The notes beneath the pieces were generated by a model. That model had not been told where the DNA came from. It ran no database searches and worked only from the letters and a program-made list of their open reading frames with translations. From the NCBI GenBank assembly GCA_965247115.1, contig CBDFGR010000001.1, positions 248,201 to 312,200 on the forward strand: 64,000 bases of DNA. Reading direction: 5' to 3'. This document shows, in pieces, positions 53,752-64,000 of the stretch. A program made the translations under genes and the position numbers. The DNA is from Myxococcota bacterium (GTDB lineage: Bacteria; Myxococcota_A; UBA9160; SZUA-336). Within the stretch, counting starts at the first letter, position 1. Every line of letters begins with the position of its first letter.

Positions 53752-53939
53752 GCGCTCTATATCAAATGTGTAGCGGGCACCGGCCCCTTCTCTCTCATAG
53801 AAGCGGGATCCAGCCCGGACATCCGGTTGTCACCCTCGGTCCGCCAACGAGGCGATTCTGCGGAGCTTCACTCCGAAGTCCAGGCCCCCGATAGGGCGTG
53901 AAGGCCGGCGATCGAGCGCGGTCCAGAGGAAGCTCGAGC

Positions 53940-54566
53940 ATGAAGACCGACATGGACATCTTCCTGCGGACACCCGAACACGAGATGCTCTATCCGGGCA
54001 AGGTCTCCGCAACGACCGACAAGGGCTACAACGCCGTGTTCGAGGGATGGGCGTTCGGCCTCGAGGACGGGGCGGAAGTGCTCGTGTTTTACGAGATCGG
54101 CCGCTGCTTCATGCAGCAGCCCGTCCGGGTTCTCTCCGTGGTCGAGAAGAAGAACGACGACGACGGGACCCGCATAACGCTCGAGCTCGAGACCACCGGA
54201 GACCCGATCTCTGCCGAGAACCGCCAGTGCTACCGTGTGTCCTGCTACTCGGCGGACGTCGAGGCCCAGCTCGGGGAGGACCCCGAGATGTGCGAGGTGG
54301 TCGATGTGAGCGAGACCGGCTTTGCGATCTTCTCCGACGCGGAGTACACCGTCGGCCAGAATCTGCAGGCGACCCTGTACCACAACGGCACTCCCGTGCA
54401 CGGGACGGCCGTCGTCCAGAGCTACAGGGCCTTCGGCAAGAAGAACCGCTACGGGCTACGAGCCGTGGACGACGAGCGCCCGAAGGCCACGCTCAAGAAG
54501 GACCTGTATCGCATCAACCTTGTAGTTCAGCGCGAGCAGTTGGCCCGGCTCTCCGGCAACCGCTGA
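53940..54566 (+). CDS. PilZ-domain protein (YcgR-like two-domain)
   Basis: ENRQCYR (RxxxR) and DVSETG (D/NxSxxG) in the C-terminal half. Confidence 0.8.
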   Translation: MKTDMDIFLRTPEHEMLYPGKVSATTDKGYNAVFEGWAFGLEDGAEVLVFYEIGRCFMQQPVRVLSVVEKKNDDDGTRITLELETTGDPISAENRQCYRVSCYSADVEAQLGEDPEMCEVVDVSETGFAIFSDAEYTVGQNLQATLYHNGTPVHGTAVVQSYRAFGKKNRYGLRAVDDERPKATLKKDLYRINLVVQREQLARLSGNR

Positions 54567-54693
54567 TTCGCGAGCTCAAGTCAGGCAGCTGCCGATCGCC
54601 CGGTGATGCCTCGCCGCTGCCGCGCGCTCAGGAATCATCAGACGCTCCCGATACGTAGCGATTGAGCTGCAGCGTGTATGGAGCCAGGGGACC

Positions 54694-56073
<1,380 letters not shown>

Positions 56074-56388
56074 CTGGCTCCCTAACAGGGATCGCCTACA
56101 CGCCCGCAACGGGCAACCTGAGTGCCGGCGCTCCAGAGGCAGCCTTTGACGCCAAGGTAGCCCTAGACCGGAACTTGCTCGACACGGATGGGATCGCACC
56201 GCCCTCGAACCCGCTCAACTTTGGCACGGCCACCGCCGGGGGCGGGATCGCATACAGCTCGGGGAAGCAGCAGCGCTTCGGGCGCGCCGTTCTCATGAAC
56301 ACCCACGGCTCCGAGCTCGTGCCGCTCCCTGTCCCGCTCAACTTCAACGGGTCACGGGAGCGAACAACACGGGCTACTTCGACCTCTC
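56074..56388 (+). pseudogene. Decayed paralogous fragment of the DUF6701 C-terminus of the giant gene
   Basis: LTGIAYTPATGNLSAGA/PEAAFDAKVALD..PSNPLNFGTATAGGGIAYSSGKQQRFGRAVLMNTHGSELVPLPVPL..GANNTGYFDL parallels 53058-53610, with two internal deletions. Cut off by the IS. Confidence 0.88.
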
Positions 56389-56392
56389 CTAG

Positions 56393-57667
56393 CAGGCTGC
56401 TGAAAAACTCCTCATCGAAGGGTACCTTGGGAGCGAGCCCCAAAGGGGGAGGCGTGAGAGGACAGGGGACGCTTCAGGGCGGGATGTTCAGCTACGTGTC
56501 GCTGGAGTCGCGGATTCCGGATGATCATCCGCTTCGAGCGATGCGGCGCATGGTCGACACGGCGCTGCAGCGGCTATCGCCGCGCTTCGACGCGATCTAC
56601 GCCAGAGGCGTAGGGCGCCCGTCCGTGCCCCCGGAGCAGCTGCTGCGCGCCCTGCTGCTGCAGGTGCTCTACACCATCCGGAGCGAGCGGCAGCTGGTGG
56701 AGCAGCTGGAGTACAACCTGCTGTATCGCTGGTTCGTGGGTCTGGAGCTTGACGAGGTGGTGTTCAGCGCCACGGTGTTCACGAAGAACCGAGACCGGCT
56801 GCTCAAGGGCGAGATTGCCGAGCACTTCTTCGACGCAGTGCTGGAGCAGGCCGAGACCGAGGGATGGGTGTCGTTGGAGCACTTCACGGTAGACGGGACG
56901 CTGATCGAGGCGTGGGCGAGCCAGAAGAGCTTCGTACGGAAGGACGAGGAACGGAGAGACGACGATGACCCGGGCAACCCGACGGTGAACTTCCGAGGCG
57001 AGAAGCGGAGCAACCAGACGCATGCGTCGACGACGGATCCCGACGCACGACTCGCCGGTATGAGAGGCCAAGGCGCCCGACTCGCGTACCAGGGACACGT
57101 GGTGACGGAGAACCGGAACGGCTTGGTGGTCGCGGCGAAGCTCACGCAGGCGTCGGGATATGCGGAGCGCGAAGCGGCGCTCGAGATGGTGGAAGGTCTG
57201 GGAGGCGGGCGTCGGAGGACATTGGGCGGAGACAAGGGCTTCGACACGAAGGGGTTCGTGGAAGAGCTTCGAGAGTTGGGCGTGACCCCACACGTGGCGC
57301 AGAACACGACGAATCGACGCAGCGCGATCGACGGGCGGACGACGCGCCACCGGGGCTACGAACTGAGTCAGCGTTTTCGCAAACGGGTGGAAGAGGTCTT
57401 CGGCTGGATGAAGACCGTGGGGCTGATGCGCAAGACCCGACACCGCGGCACGGATCGGGTCGGCTGGGTCTTCACCTTCACGGCCGCAGCCTACAACCTG
57501 ATCCGGATCCGCAAGCTGCTGGAGGCCACGTAGGTCATGTGCGAAACCGCCCCGCGATCAGCGGAGCCCAAGACCGGTTCGAACCGGGAATCGCGCCCCG
57601 CCCCTCGGCCGGTGAACCCCCTCGTCGGAAGGACCACCCCTCAACCAGTCACTTTCTCCGCAGCCTG
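56393..57667 (+). mobile_element. IS5-family insertion sequence, copy 2
   Basis: Same length, ends and transposase sequence as 28985-30259 (offset 27408). CTAG on both sides. Confidence 0.95.
56454..57533 (+). CDS. IS5-family DDE transposase
   Basis: Protein identical to 29046-30125. Confidence 0.95.
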   Translation: MRGQGTLQGGMFSYVSLESRIPDDHPLRAMRRMVDTALQRLSPRFDAIYARGVGRPSVPPEQLLRALLLQVLYTIRSERQLVEQLEYNLLYRWFVGLELDEVVFSATVFTKNRDRLLKGEIAEHFFDAVLEQAETEGWVSLEHFTVDGTLIEAWASQKSFVRKDEERRDDDDPGNPTVNFRGEKRSNQTHASTTDPDARLAGMRGQGARLAYQGHVVTENRNGLVVAAKLTQASGYAEREAALEMVEGLGGGRRRTLGGDKGFDTKGFVEELRELGVTPHVAQNTTNRRSAIDGRTTRHRGYELSQRFRKRVEEVFGWMKTVGLMRKTRHRGTDRVGWVFTFTAAAYNLIRIRKLLEAT

Positions 57668-57731
57668 CTAGGGGCCGGCGCTGCGGCCCCTAGCCTTCGA
57701 CACGAAGAGCACGAAGAGACAGGAGATTCCC

Positions 57732-58313
57732 ATGGCGAGATTGAAGGGCGTGAGCGACGAGGAGGCGAGCTTCGTCACGAGGTCGGTCTTCCGGGCGGCT
57801 GCCAAGAAGACGGGCAAGGTCCCCGACCCGCTGCGCATCTTGGCGCGCAACAGCGGCGTGATGTGGGCGGCCGGCGGCTTCGAGATGGGCTGGGGACGCG
57901 CCCGCAGCGTCCCTCCGAGCCTCAAGTCCCTGGCCTCCCTGAAGGCGGCCTCGATGATCGGCTGCCTCTTCTGAATCGACATCAACTCTGCCGTGGGCAG
58001 AGCCAAAGGCCTGAGCGAGGCCCAGGTGATGGCGATCTCCGACTACGCGGAGAGCGAGGTCTTCAGCGATCTCGAGAAGCGCGTCCTCGACTACGCGGCC
58101 GCCCTCACCCGCACCCCCGCCGACGCGAGCGACGAGCTGATCGCCGGCCTGCGCGCGCACCTGAGCGACGAGCAGCTGGTGGAGATCACGGCGATGATCG
58201 CGTGGGATAACTTCCGGGCGCGGTTCAACCGGGGGTTCGATGTTGCGGCGCAGGACTTCTCGGAGGGGGCGTGCTGCCCGCTGCCGGAGCGGCCCGCTAC
58301 GGCGGGGGAGTAG
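57732..58313 (+). CDS. AhpD/carboxymuconolactone decarboxylase-family protein, probable selenoprotein (UGA at 57972-57974 read as Sec)
   Basis: ORFs 57732-57974 and 57993-58313 are in one frame: ...AASMIGCLF-UGA-IDINSAVGRAKGLSE...FSDLEKRVLDYAAALT...QLVEITAMIAWDNFRARFN. The UGA occupies the second Cys position of the family CxxC. Confidence 0.85.
57986..58002 (+). promoter_or_regulatory. Bacterial SECIS-like hairpin
   Basis: CTCTGCC-GTG-GGCAGAG begins 11 nt after the UGA and has GU in the apical loop. Confidence 0.7.
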
Positions 58314-58399
58314 AGGAGAGGGAGGGAGTGGCCGGGGGGCATCCCCTCGGGCCACGTCGTGGAGGTCGGACCCAACTGACACGTGCCGTGGGAAGCCCG

Positions 58400-58581
58400 A
58401 AGGCCCTGGTTCGTGCCTTGCTCGGGAAGATCGAGCTCGAGTCGACGAAGGGCGAGATCGGGCGGCCCTGTTAGATGGCCCGAACCTCGCTCGACACCCC
58501 GGCGCTGCTCGCGCCGCCCCCGGCGAGGAGCCCGGAAGGCGGTTCGAATTCCTTGCGATGATGGAGGCGGCGGGAATCGAA
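58400..58581 (+). pseudogene. Remnant resembling the C-terminal tail of a site-specific recombinase, ending in a tmRNA 3'-end att fragment
   Basis: Reads ALVRALLGKIELESTKGEIGRPC*MARTSLDTPALLAPP...GGSNSLR*WRRRES. 58562-58581 is the reverse complement of TTCGATTCCCGCCGCCTCCA. Confidence 0.5.
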
Positions 58582-58901
58582 AGCGCTTCCGCCGTCCCGG
58601 AAGATCAGTTTTTCCAACAACTTACGATCCCACAGCGTGGAGTGCGACTGGAGTGCAGAGGGGTGATCATCTGGGGCGCTACTGCGGTGTACGGGTCCGG
58701 CGCTCCGGTGGGATCGGCGGTTCCTTCTTCAACGAGGCCAGAATGCTCCGTGAGTAGCCCGGATGCGGCTTTCGGTACCCAGGTGTTGGGGAACAGCACG
58801 TTCTCACGCTCCGGGGGTCGCTGAGCAGGTTGTCGTTACCCATGTAGACGATGAAGCCCTCGCGACCGGAAACAAGGTGATGCACGCGAGCCCGAGCGTG
58901 A

Positions 58902-59321
58902 CTATCGGCTCTCGACGGGATCAAGGCGCAGGAATCGCTGCGGTGCGAACCCGACCATGATCTTGAACACGATCCCGTTTCCGATCTCCGCCGCCACCCG
59001 TTCGTGCTCTTCGTCGTCGACGGGAACAGCGATGTAGTCGACAGTCGTTCCGTCCATAGTCACCTGTACGCGCGGGTTCTCCAGTGCGTTGTTGTACCAG
59101 GCGCGTGGCCAGTGGTTCGCCGATGCATAGTGCTTTCCGCCGGCAAAGTCGCGCCCGAGCACGCGGTCGGTCGAGACGCCATCGGCATTTGTCGTCGTAA
59201 TGACGATGGTGTCTCCGATGTCGGGCTGCAGGACCCCGAGCCACGTCTCGAATACGACGACCAACGCCACATACGCGAGGAGCCCGAATCCGACGGTCCT
59301 CGCAGCGCGTGAGAACTCCAT
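58902..59321 (-). CDS. Membrane-anchored split-barrel protein (deazaflavin-dependent nitroreductase/DUF385-like)
   Basis: N-terminal TM segment, ITTT...R, RAWYNNALENPRVQV and C-terminal FLRLDP. Confidence 0.65.
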   Translation of the reverse strand: MEFSRAARTVGFGLLAYVALVVVFETWLGVLQPDIGDTIVITTTNADGVSTDRVLGRDFAGGKHYASANHWPRAWYNNALENPRVQVTMDGTTVDYIAVPVDDEEHERVAAEIGNGIVFKIMVGFAPQRFLRLDPVESR

Positions 59322-59900
59322 TGCATCCCTCTGAATCGGCTCGCGGCCGAGCTTCGAACTTCTACCACACCTCGGGCGTCGGTCGCCCGGGGCCCTCCGA
59401 GCGCGGGGCGACAGCTGTCTCCAGGATGGCAGACCGGAAGGTGATTCGAGCCTGTTCGATGGTGGAGGAAGTGTAGAGTTCACGCAATCCACGCTCCTTT
59501 ACTACTGACATGCGTAATCCGTTGATTTGCTGAGCCTTACGAGTGTCAATGGATGTTTCGCCGAGATCCTACGGGCGGAAGTCTTTTCTGCTCCAATTTC
59601 CTCCGCTCAACGAATCATTGAGGGCGCTGTCCAGTCAGCCAGGGCGGAAGCGGTGTAAACACCACTTCCGCTGACGACTTTCGGACGTGGGTTCGATCCC
59701 CACTGGTTTGATTCAGCCGTTTCCCGACACGGAGACCAGAATGCCCGGATCGTCTTTCTGGACGCTGTTCGTCCCGCTGCTGACGGTGCGCCTCTCGTAG
59801 GGGCCGGCACGTGGTTCACGCACCAGCTCGAGGAACCACGGGACGCCTAGCCAGCCCATAAACCTGCCGACAAGGTCGGTACGCGTGTAAGCAACTTCAT

Positions 59901-62900
59901 CTAATTGGCCAACCGATCTGCCATTTCGAGATAACGGCAGAAGGCACTTGCCAGTTGAATCTGCCGTGGCGTCCGGCATTCCGCTTCGAAGATGCGAGGT
60001 GAGCTGACCATGATTGACAAACATTTGGCCCGAGACGTCGCCACGTTAAGTCGGTTGAGACTGTACAAGAATTCCATGCCCCTGGGCGCATCTGCATGGC
60101 TCGACGTTGCAGTTGAATAGATAGAAATCGGCGCTTCCTGGCCCTGGAACTTGTCCACCGTGCCAACCCGCGCTCCCGGCAAGCGGCGTTGAATCTCAAA
60201 AACCTGTGCGTTGTAAGGCGCGATGATAACGATGTCGTCGAGCACAATGGACCGTTCCTTACCGTCACGATCCACCCAAGTGGCGTTGCTTTCCAGAATG
60301 TCGTTCACAAGGCTGCCGACCGCTTGCGCCTCTTCGGGCGAGCAGTTGTGATTGCCGTGATGTTCTACGGGCAAGTAGCGCAAACCGGAACCGCTGATCG
60401 CTCCCGCCGACTTGATGATCTGTTGTTCCAAACCAACCCTTGAACTGAGCTTGCCCTCGTAGAAGAGCTCCGAGGTGTACGCGGATGTTTCAGGATGCAG
60501 CCGCCAAGTCTCTTCGAGGAACAATCCTTTATCTGGAGGTATGGTTCTTACACCGGCCAGGATGTGATCCAGCGCAGAGACGTCCGTGCCGTCCGGATGA
60601 CTGCCCTGCATCGGTTGATCGAGCTGCTGCGGATCGCCGATCAGCACTACGGCTTTGGCAGCTTGCGACACGGCTAACACATTCGCGAGCGACATTTGCG
60701 CGGCTTCATCTACAAATAGGACATCGATGGTCTCGAATGCTTCCGGACGCGACCATAGCCAAGCGGTTCCACCACCCACAGATACGGTCGTTCCAAGTGC
60801 AGCGAACAGGTCGTCGTTTTTCTTGGCAAAGCAAAGGCGGTGCTGGGCTTCCTCCAGTTCAGCAGCCTTGTGGCAACACTGCAGGTCCACGTCCATCTCA
60901 TCTGCTGCGTCAATTGCTGCATCAATCAGATTGCGGATAACCTTGTGACTATTCGCTGTGATGCCGACTGTCTTGCCCTGGCGCACGAACTCACAAATCA
61001 TGCGCGCCCCCGTGAAGGTCTTGCCTGCGCCTGGGGGGCCCTGCATGGGAAGAATTCCTTGAGAGAGATGCCCACATAGTCTCATGGCTGCCTTGACGGT
61101 CGTTTCTCCTTCACGGTGAAGCTCCTGTCCGCCGACACGCGGGGTCTCTTTCAGCAAGAGATCGCGGCCAGCCTGATAGGGCCCTTCTCCTCGCAGGCCA
61201 TTCTGAGCCACGTATTCGCCAAGTCGCACGAGCGAATCCTTGAGTACCTGAGCATTGACGTATGTATGTGCAAAGACGGCTTTCGGGTGGGTCGCGATGC
61301 TGTCCTTACGCTTCTTGATATCAATCGTGCAGTCTGCAAAGGAAATTGCCTCGGATTTCCCAAGCGGGTCTCCACCAAGATTTCGGAGATCTTCGCCGCC
61401 ACGTAGTTCGGTCTCCTGAGGCGGGAACTTGTAACGGTGAATGGGCGCTCTAGCCGTGCCGCCGTTCTGTCTCGCAAAAATGAGACCGGAGAGCCCAGCC
61501 CGCTCATCCAGCAGGTCCTCGTCTGAGAGATCAGCCAACCGGAAATACTCCCACCACACCGATTTTTCCTCTCTGCGGTGCCAGTCAAGGATGTTGGCCA
61601 GTATCCACCGCGCGTGTTGCTCCTCATCCCTCTCTTCTGGGTCCGCAGGAACATCCGCGCTGAGACGTTCGATCAGCGCGTTTATCCGAATCAGCCACTC
61701 GCTAATATTCTCGCTGGGGTCGCGTTCTCCCGGTTCCGGGCGGGGCACATCTACTCCATCAGCGACAAGCTGCGCCCGCAACGTTTCAAGCCAGTCCCGC
61801 AGACCAGCGGCAGAGCGGCAATCATCCTTGTTGTAGAAAACCACAGTCGACTTGGTTTCATCTGCAATTGAGGGAATGTCACTGAGTTCGAGGTTCGCAT
61901 GGAGATTCGCTAGAGCGGCATTTGCATCGGCCAATGCCGTCTCACGTTCGAAGGCATAGAACGGTTCCAACTTCTTGATGGAGTAGCTTTCGACGCTTGC
62001 GCGAACGCCCCGGCGGACAACTTGATAGAGATCCACAAATAGCCCCGCGCGGAGCATTTGGTCGATCTCTTCTTGCCGCGTCGCGTAACGACCCATTAGA
62101 CGTTTCAACGCCGACGGTTCATAAGGGGCGTAGTGATAGATATGCATGCTGGGAAACTGCTCCCAGCGCGCCATACGAAATCGACAAACTCCTCGAAGAC
62201 AAGCTTTTCATCGGCACGGGAAAGAGCCCATTCACTCTTGTACACAGCCTTTCCGGATTCATCGATGAACAGGTAGCCAAAAAGATATTCAAGGCCGTGC
62301 TCGCCGACGAATGGATCTCCCTCCAGATCGAAGAACATGTCGCCGTCCGACGGTTCGGGGAGGCGGGTAAGGCCGAATCCATTCTCCACCGGAAGCAGTT
62401 CGAATTTGCCCTCGCCGGCCTCACGACCTTCGACCTGAACACGCGCCTGCTCGCGGATGTGGCCATAGGACTCAGCTGCACCCCGGTCCGGTTTCCAATC
62501 CAGCGGTACGGGCATACCGGCCAAGGCCTTTACCGTACGAATTCGGCGCTGTTTCAGTTCGTTGATCTGAAGCTTCGAGATTCCTGCCACAAGGCAAAGA
62601 TGGTCATCGCTGCGGCGGCGCTTTTCGCAAGTCTCCCGCCATCTACATATATCGCAGTGTTCTATCGGATCGGGATAAGTCTCTGCCCCGTCTCGTTCTG
62701 CCAGGGCCGTCAACAAACCGTGCTTCACCTTCCGAAAATAGGCCGCGTAGTCCGCGAATCGATATTGCTGTAGCTCAAATTCTGACCACGGCGTGACAAC
62801 GTACATGTACTCAGGCTCCACGCCTTGAGTCCTTGTCAGCAAATCGGAATAGAGACAAAGCTGAAGTACGGCTCCCGCTTTTGTTTCACGCGCGAGCTTT

Positions 62901-63304
62901 GTATCGACTACCTCGTACGACCAGTGGCCAATGTTGCTCGGGGCTTCGATACGGCACAGAATGTCGGCACGTCCGATCCAATGGTCGTGGGACAACGCAC
63001 CCTGAACAATCACCTGCACGCCTTGTTTCATAGCCGCAAGCGTTTGAGAGACGGCTTCGTCTGTAACCTCGACTCCATCGATTCTGATAGGTTCTAGACC
63101 GTTCTTTGCCAGGTGCTCGACATAGTTCTGCTCGTGGACGGAACCTCGCTCCCAAAGAAGCTGTAGAAGGGGATTATCCCGGACTCTGGGTTTCGCCAAA
63201 GCACCTTCGGCGACCGCACGGTCTAGTTCGGAGAGATGACGGCAATTCAGGTATCCGACTAAGTCGCTCGCGCTTAGCTCTAGGGAATCTTTGATTCGCT
63301 TCAC
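59901..63304 (-). CDS. TM0106-family RecB-like nuclease fused to RNase H-like and UPF1-like SF1 helicase domains; 1-nt frameshift near 62175
   Basis: GRADIL..YEVVDTKLA..QLCLY (PD-(D/E)xK), FFDLEGDP, HIYHYAPYE, YNKDDC, QGPPGAGKT, VDEAAQ, GDPQQL, TVDKFQGQE and NRLNVATSRA. The ORFs join at DFV/MARW to give ~1,134 aa. Confidence 0.88.
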
Positions 63305-63522
63305 AAGAGGAAGGCCTCGCTAGGGACGTTGCCGATTACCCCGATCTTGGCGCAGGATAGCCAGATCGTCGTTGCGGATGTTGTTCGCCCTCGTGCTGAC
63401 AGCGTGCCGCTTATCGGGGGCCGGCGCGGGGTTCACGCACCGACTCGAAGGGCCACGGGACCGGCGACGTCGGATCGATCCAGTCGTCAAACCAGTCCCG
63501 CATGACAAGCCGCATTCTCGAG

Positions 63523-63570
63523 TGGGCCGGAATAAGCCGGGATGAGCCAGAATGGGCCGGAATGAGCCAA
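63523..63570. repeat. Five tandem degenerate 10-bp units (T[G/A][G/A]GCC[G/A]G[A/G]A)
   Basis: tgggccggaa taagccggga tgagccagaa tgggccggaa tgagccaa. Confidence 0.7.
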
Positions 63571-63754
63571 CCCGCAGTCCTACAAGGGTTTCCAACGTGC
63601 TCCCCTACCGCGTCCCATCGATTTAGCCAGTCCCCGAGCCTTTAGGGTGGCGAGGTCTTCCCGCAATCGCCGCTCGTTGGTCTGCGGCCCCAGCTCGGAA
63701 CGGATTTCACGTAGCGCCAACGCTCGGTCTGACTTATCCAGCAAATCAAGGACT

Positions 63755-64000
63755 GCCCGCTGCCGCTCGGAACAGGACGCCGTCGCGGATCAGTCCGAGC
63801 CCCCGCAGCAGAGGTCCTCGGGTTCCGGCTGCCGGGCTCGTTCAGTCGGCCGTTTCGCACCGCCTCGGCCACAGTATTACGGACCTCGGCCACATCCAGG
63901 TCCTCGACCGTCCACCCGGTGGCGGGCTGGTTCTCCCACCGCTGCTCGCTGTGCATGCGCTCGAAGAGCATCTGGTTGTACTCGTCGGCGGACATCGTCA
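63755..64000 (-). pseudogene. Fragment of an AlbA_2/RecG-C-type ATP-binding protein, frameshifted and truncated (5' part outside the window)
   Basis: MLFERMHSEQRWENQPATGWTVEDLDVAEVRNTVAEAVRNGRL, then in a shifted frame LLRGLGLIRDGVLFRAAA, after which coding character is lost. Confidence 0.55.

Noticed and set aside
58562..58581. Complete tmRNA or tRNA gene
   Set aside because: Only a 20-nt 3'-end match is present, with no 5' acceptor strand, D-arm or tag reading frame.

Overview
High-GC bacterial chromosome segment. The gene repertoire suggests a Myxococcota/deltaproteobacterium-like organism, which is an inference. Bases 1-27.4 kb are mostly housekeeping genes (class III aminotransferase, tRNA-Arg, ArsS-type radical SAM, ECF sigma/anti-sigma, pfk, pgi, mutL-miaA, der, Slt, queA-tgt, ROK kinase, tRNA-fMet). 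Bases 27.5-31.2 kb are a decayed island between two inward-facing tRNAs. It holds a frameshifted TIR-like gene and two back-to-back tyrosine-integrase stumps joined by an IS5-family element. The right-hand tRNA-Leu(UAA) is interrupted after U33 by a 238-nt group I intron. Bases 31.4-53.8 kb are one ~22.3 kb gene, split by a single 1-nt frameshift, for a ~7,450 aa secreted DUF2341/LamG mosaic protein with a MshQ-like (DUF6701) C-terminus. Its domains are inserted inside other domains up to four levels deep. Next come a PilZ protein, a hybrid kinase, a decayed paralogous copy of the giant gene's 3' end, and a second matching IS copy. After these lie a probable AhpD/CMD-family selenoprotein (CxxU plus SECIS-like hairpin), a recombinase remnant with a tmRNA-type att fragment, and a lower-GC island with a frameshifted TM0106 nuclease-helicase. 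All calls come from reading motifs by eye; no database searches were run.
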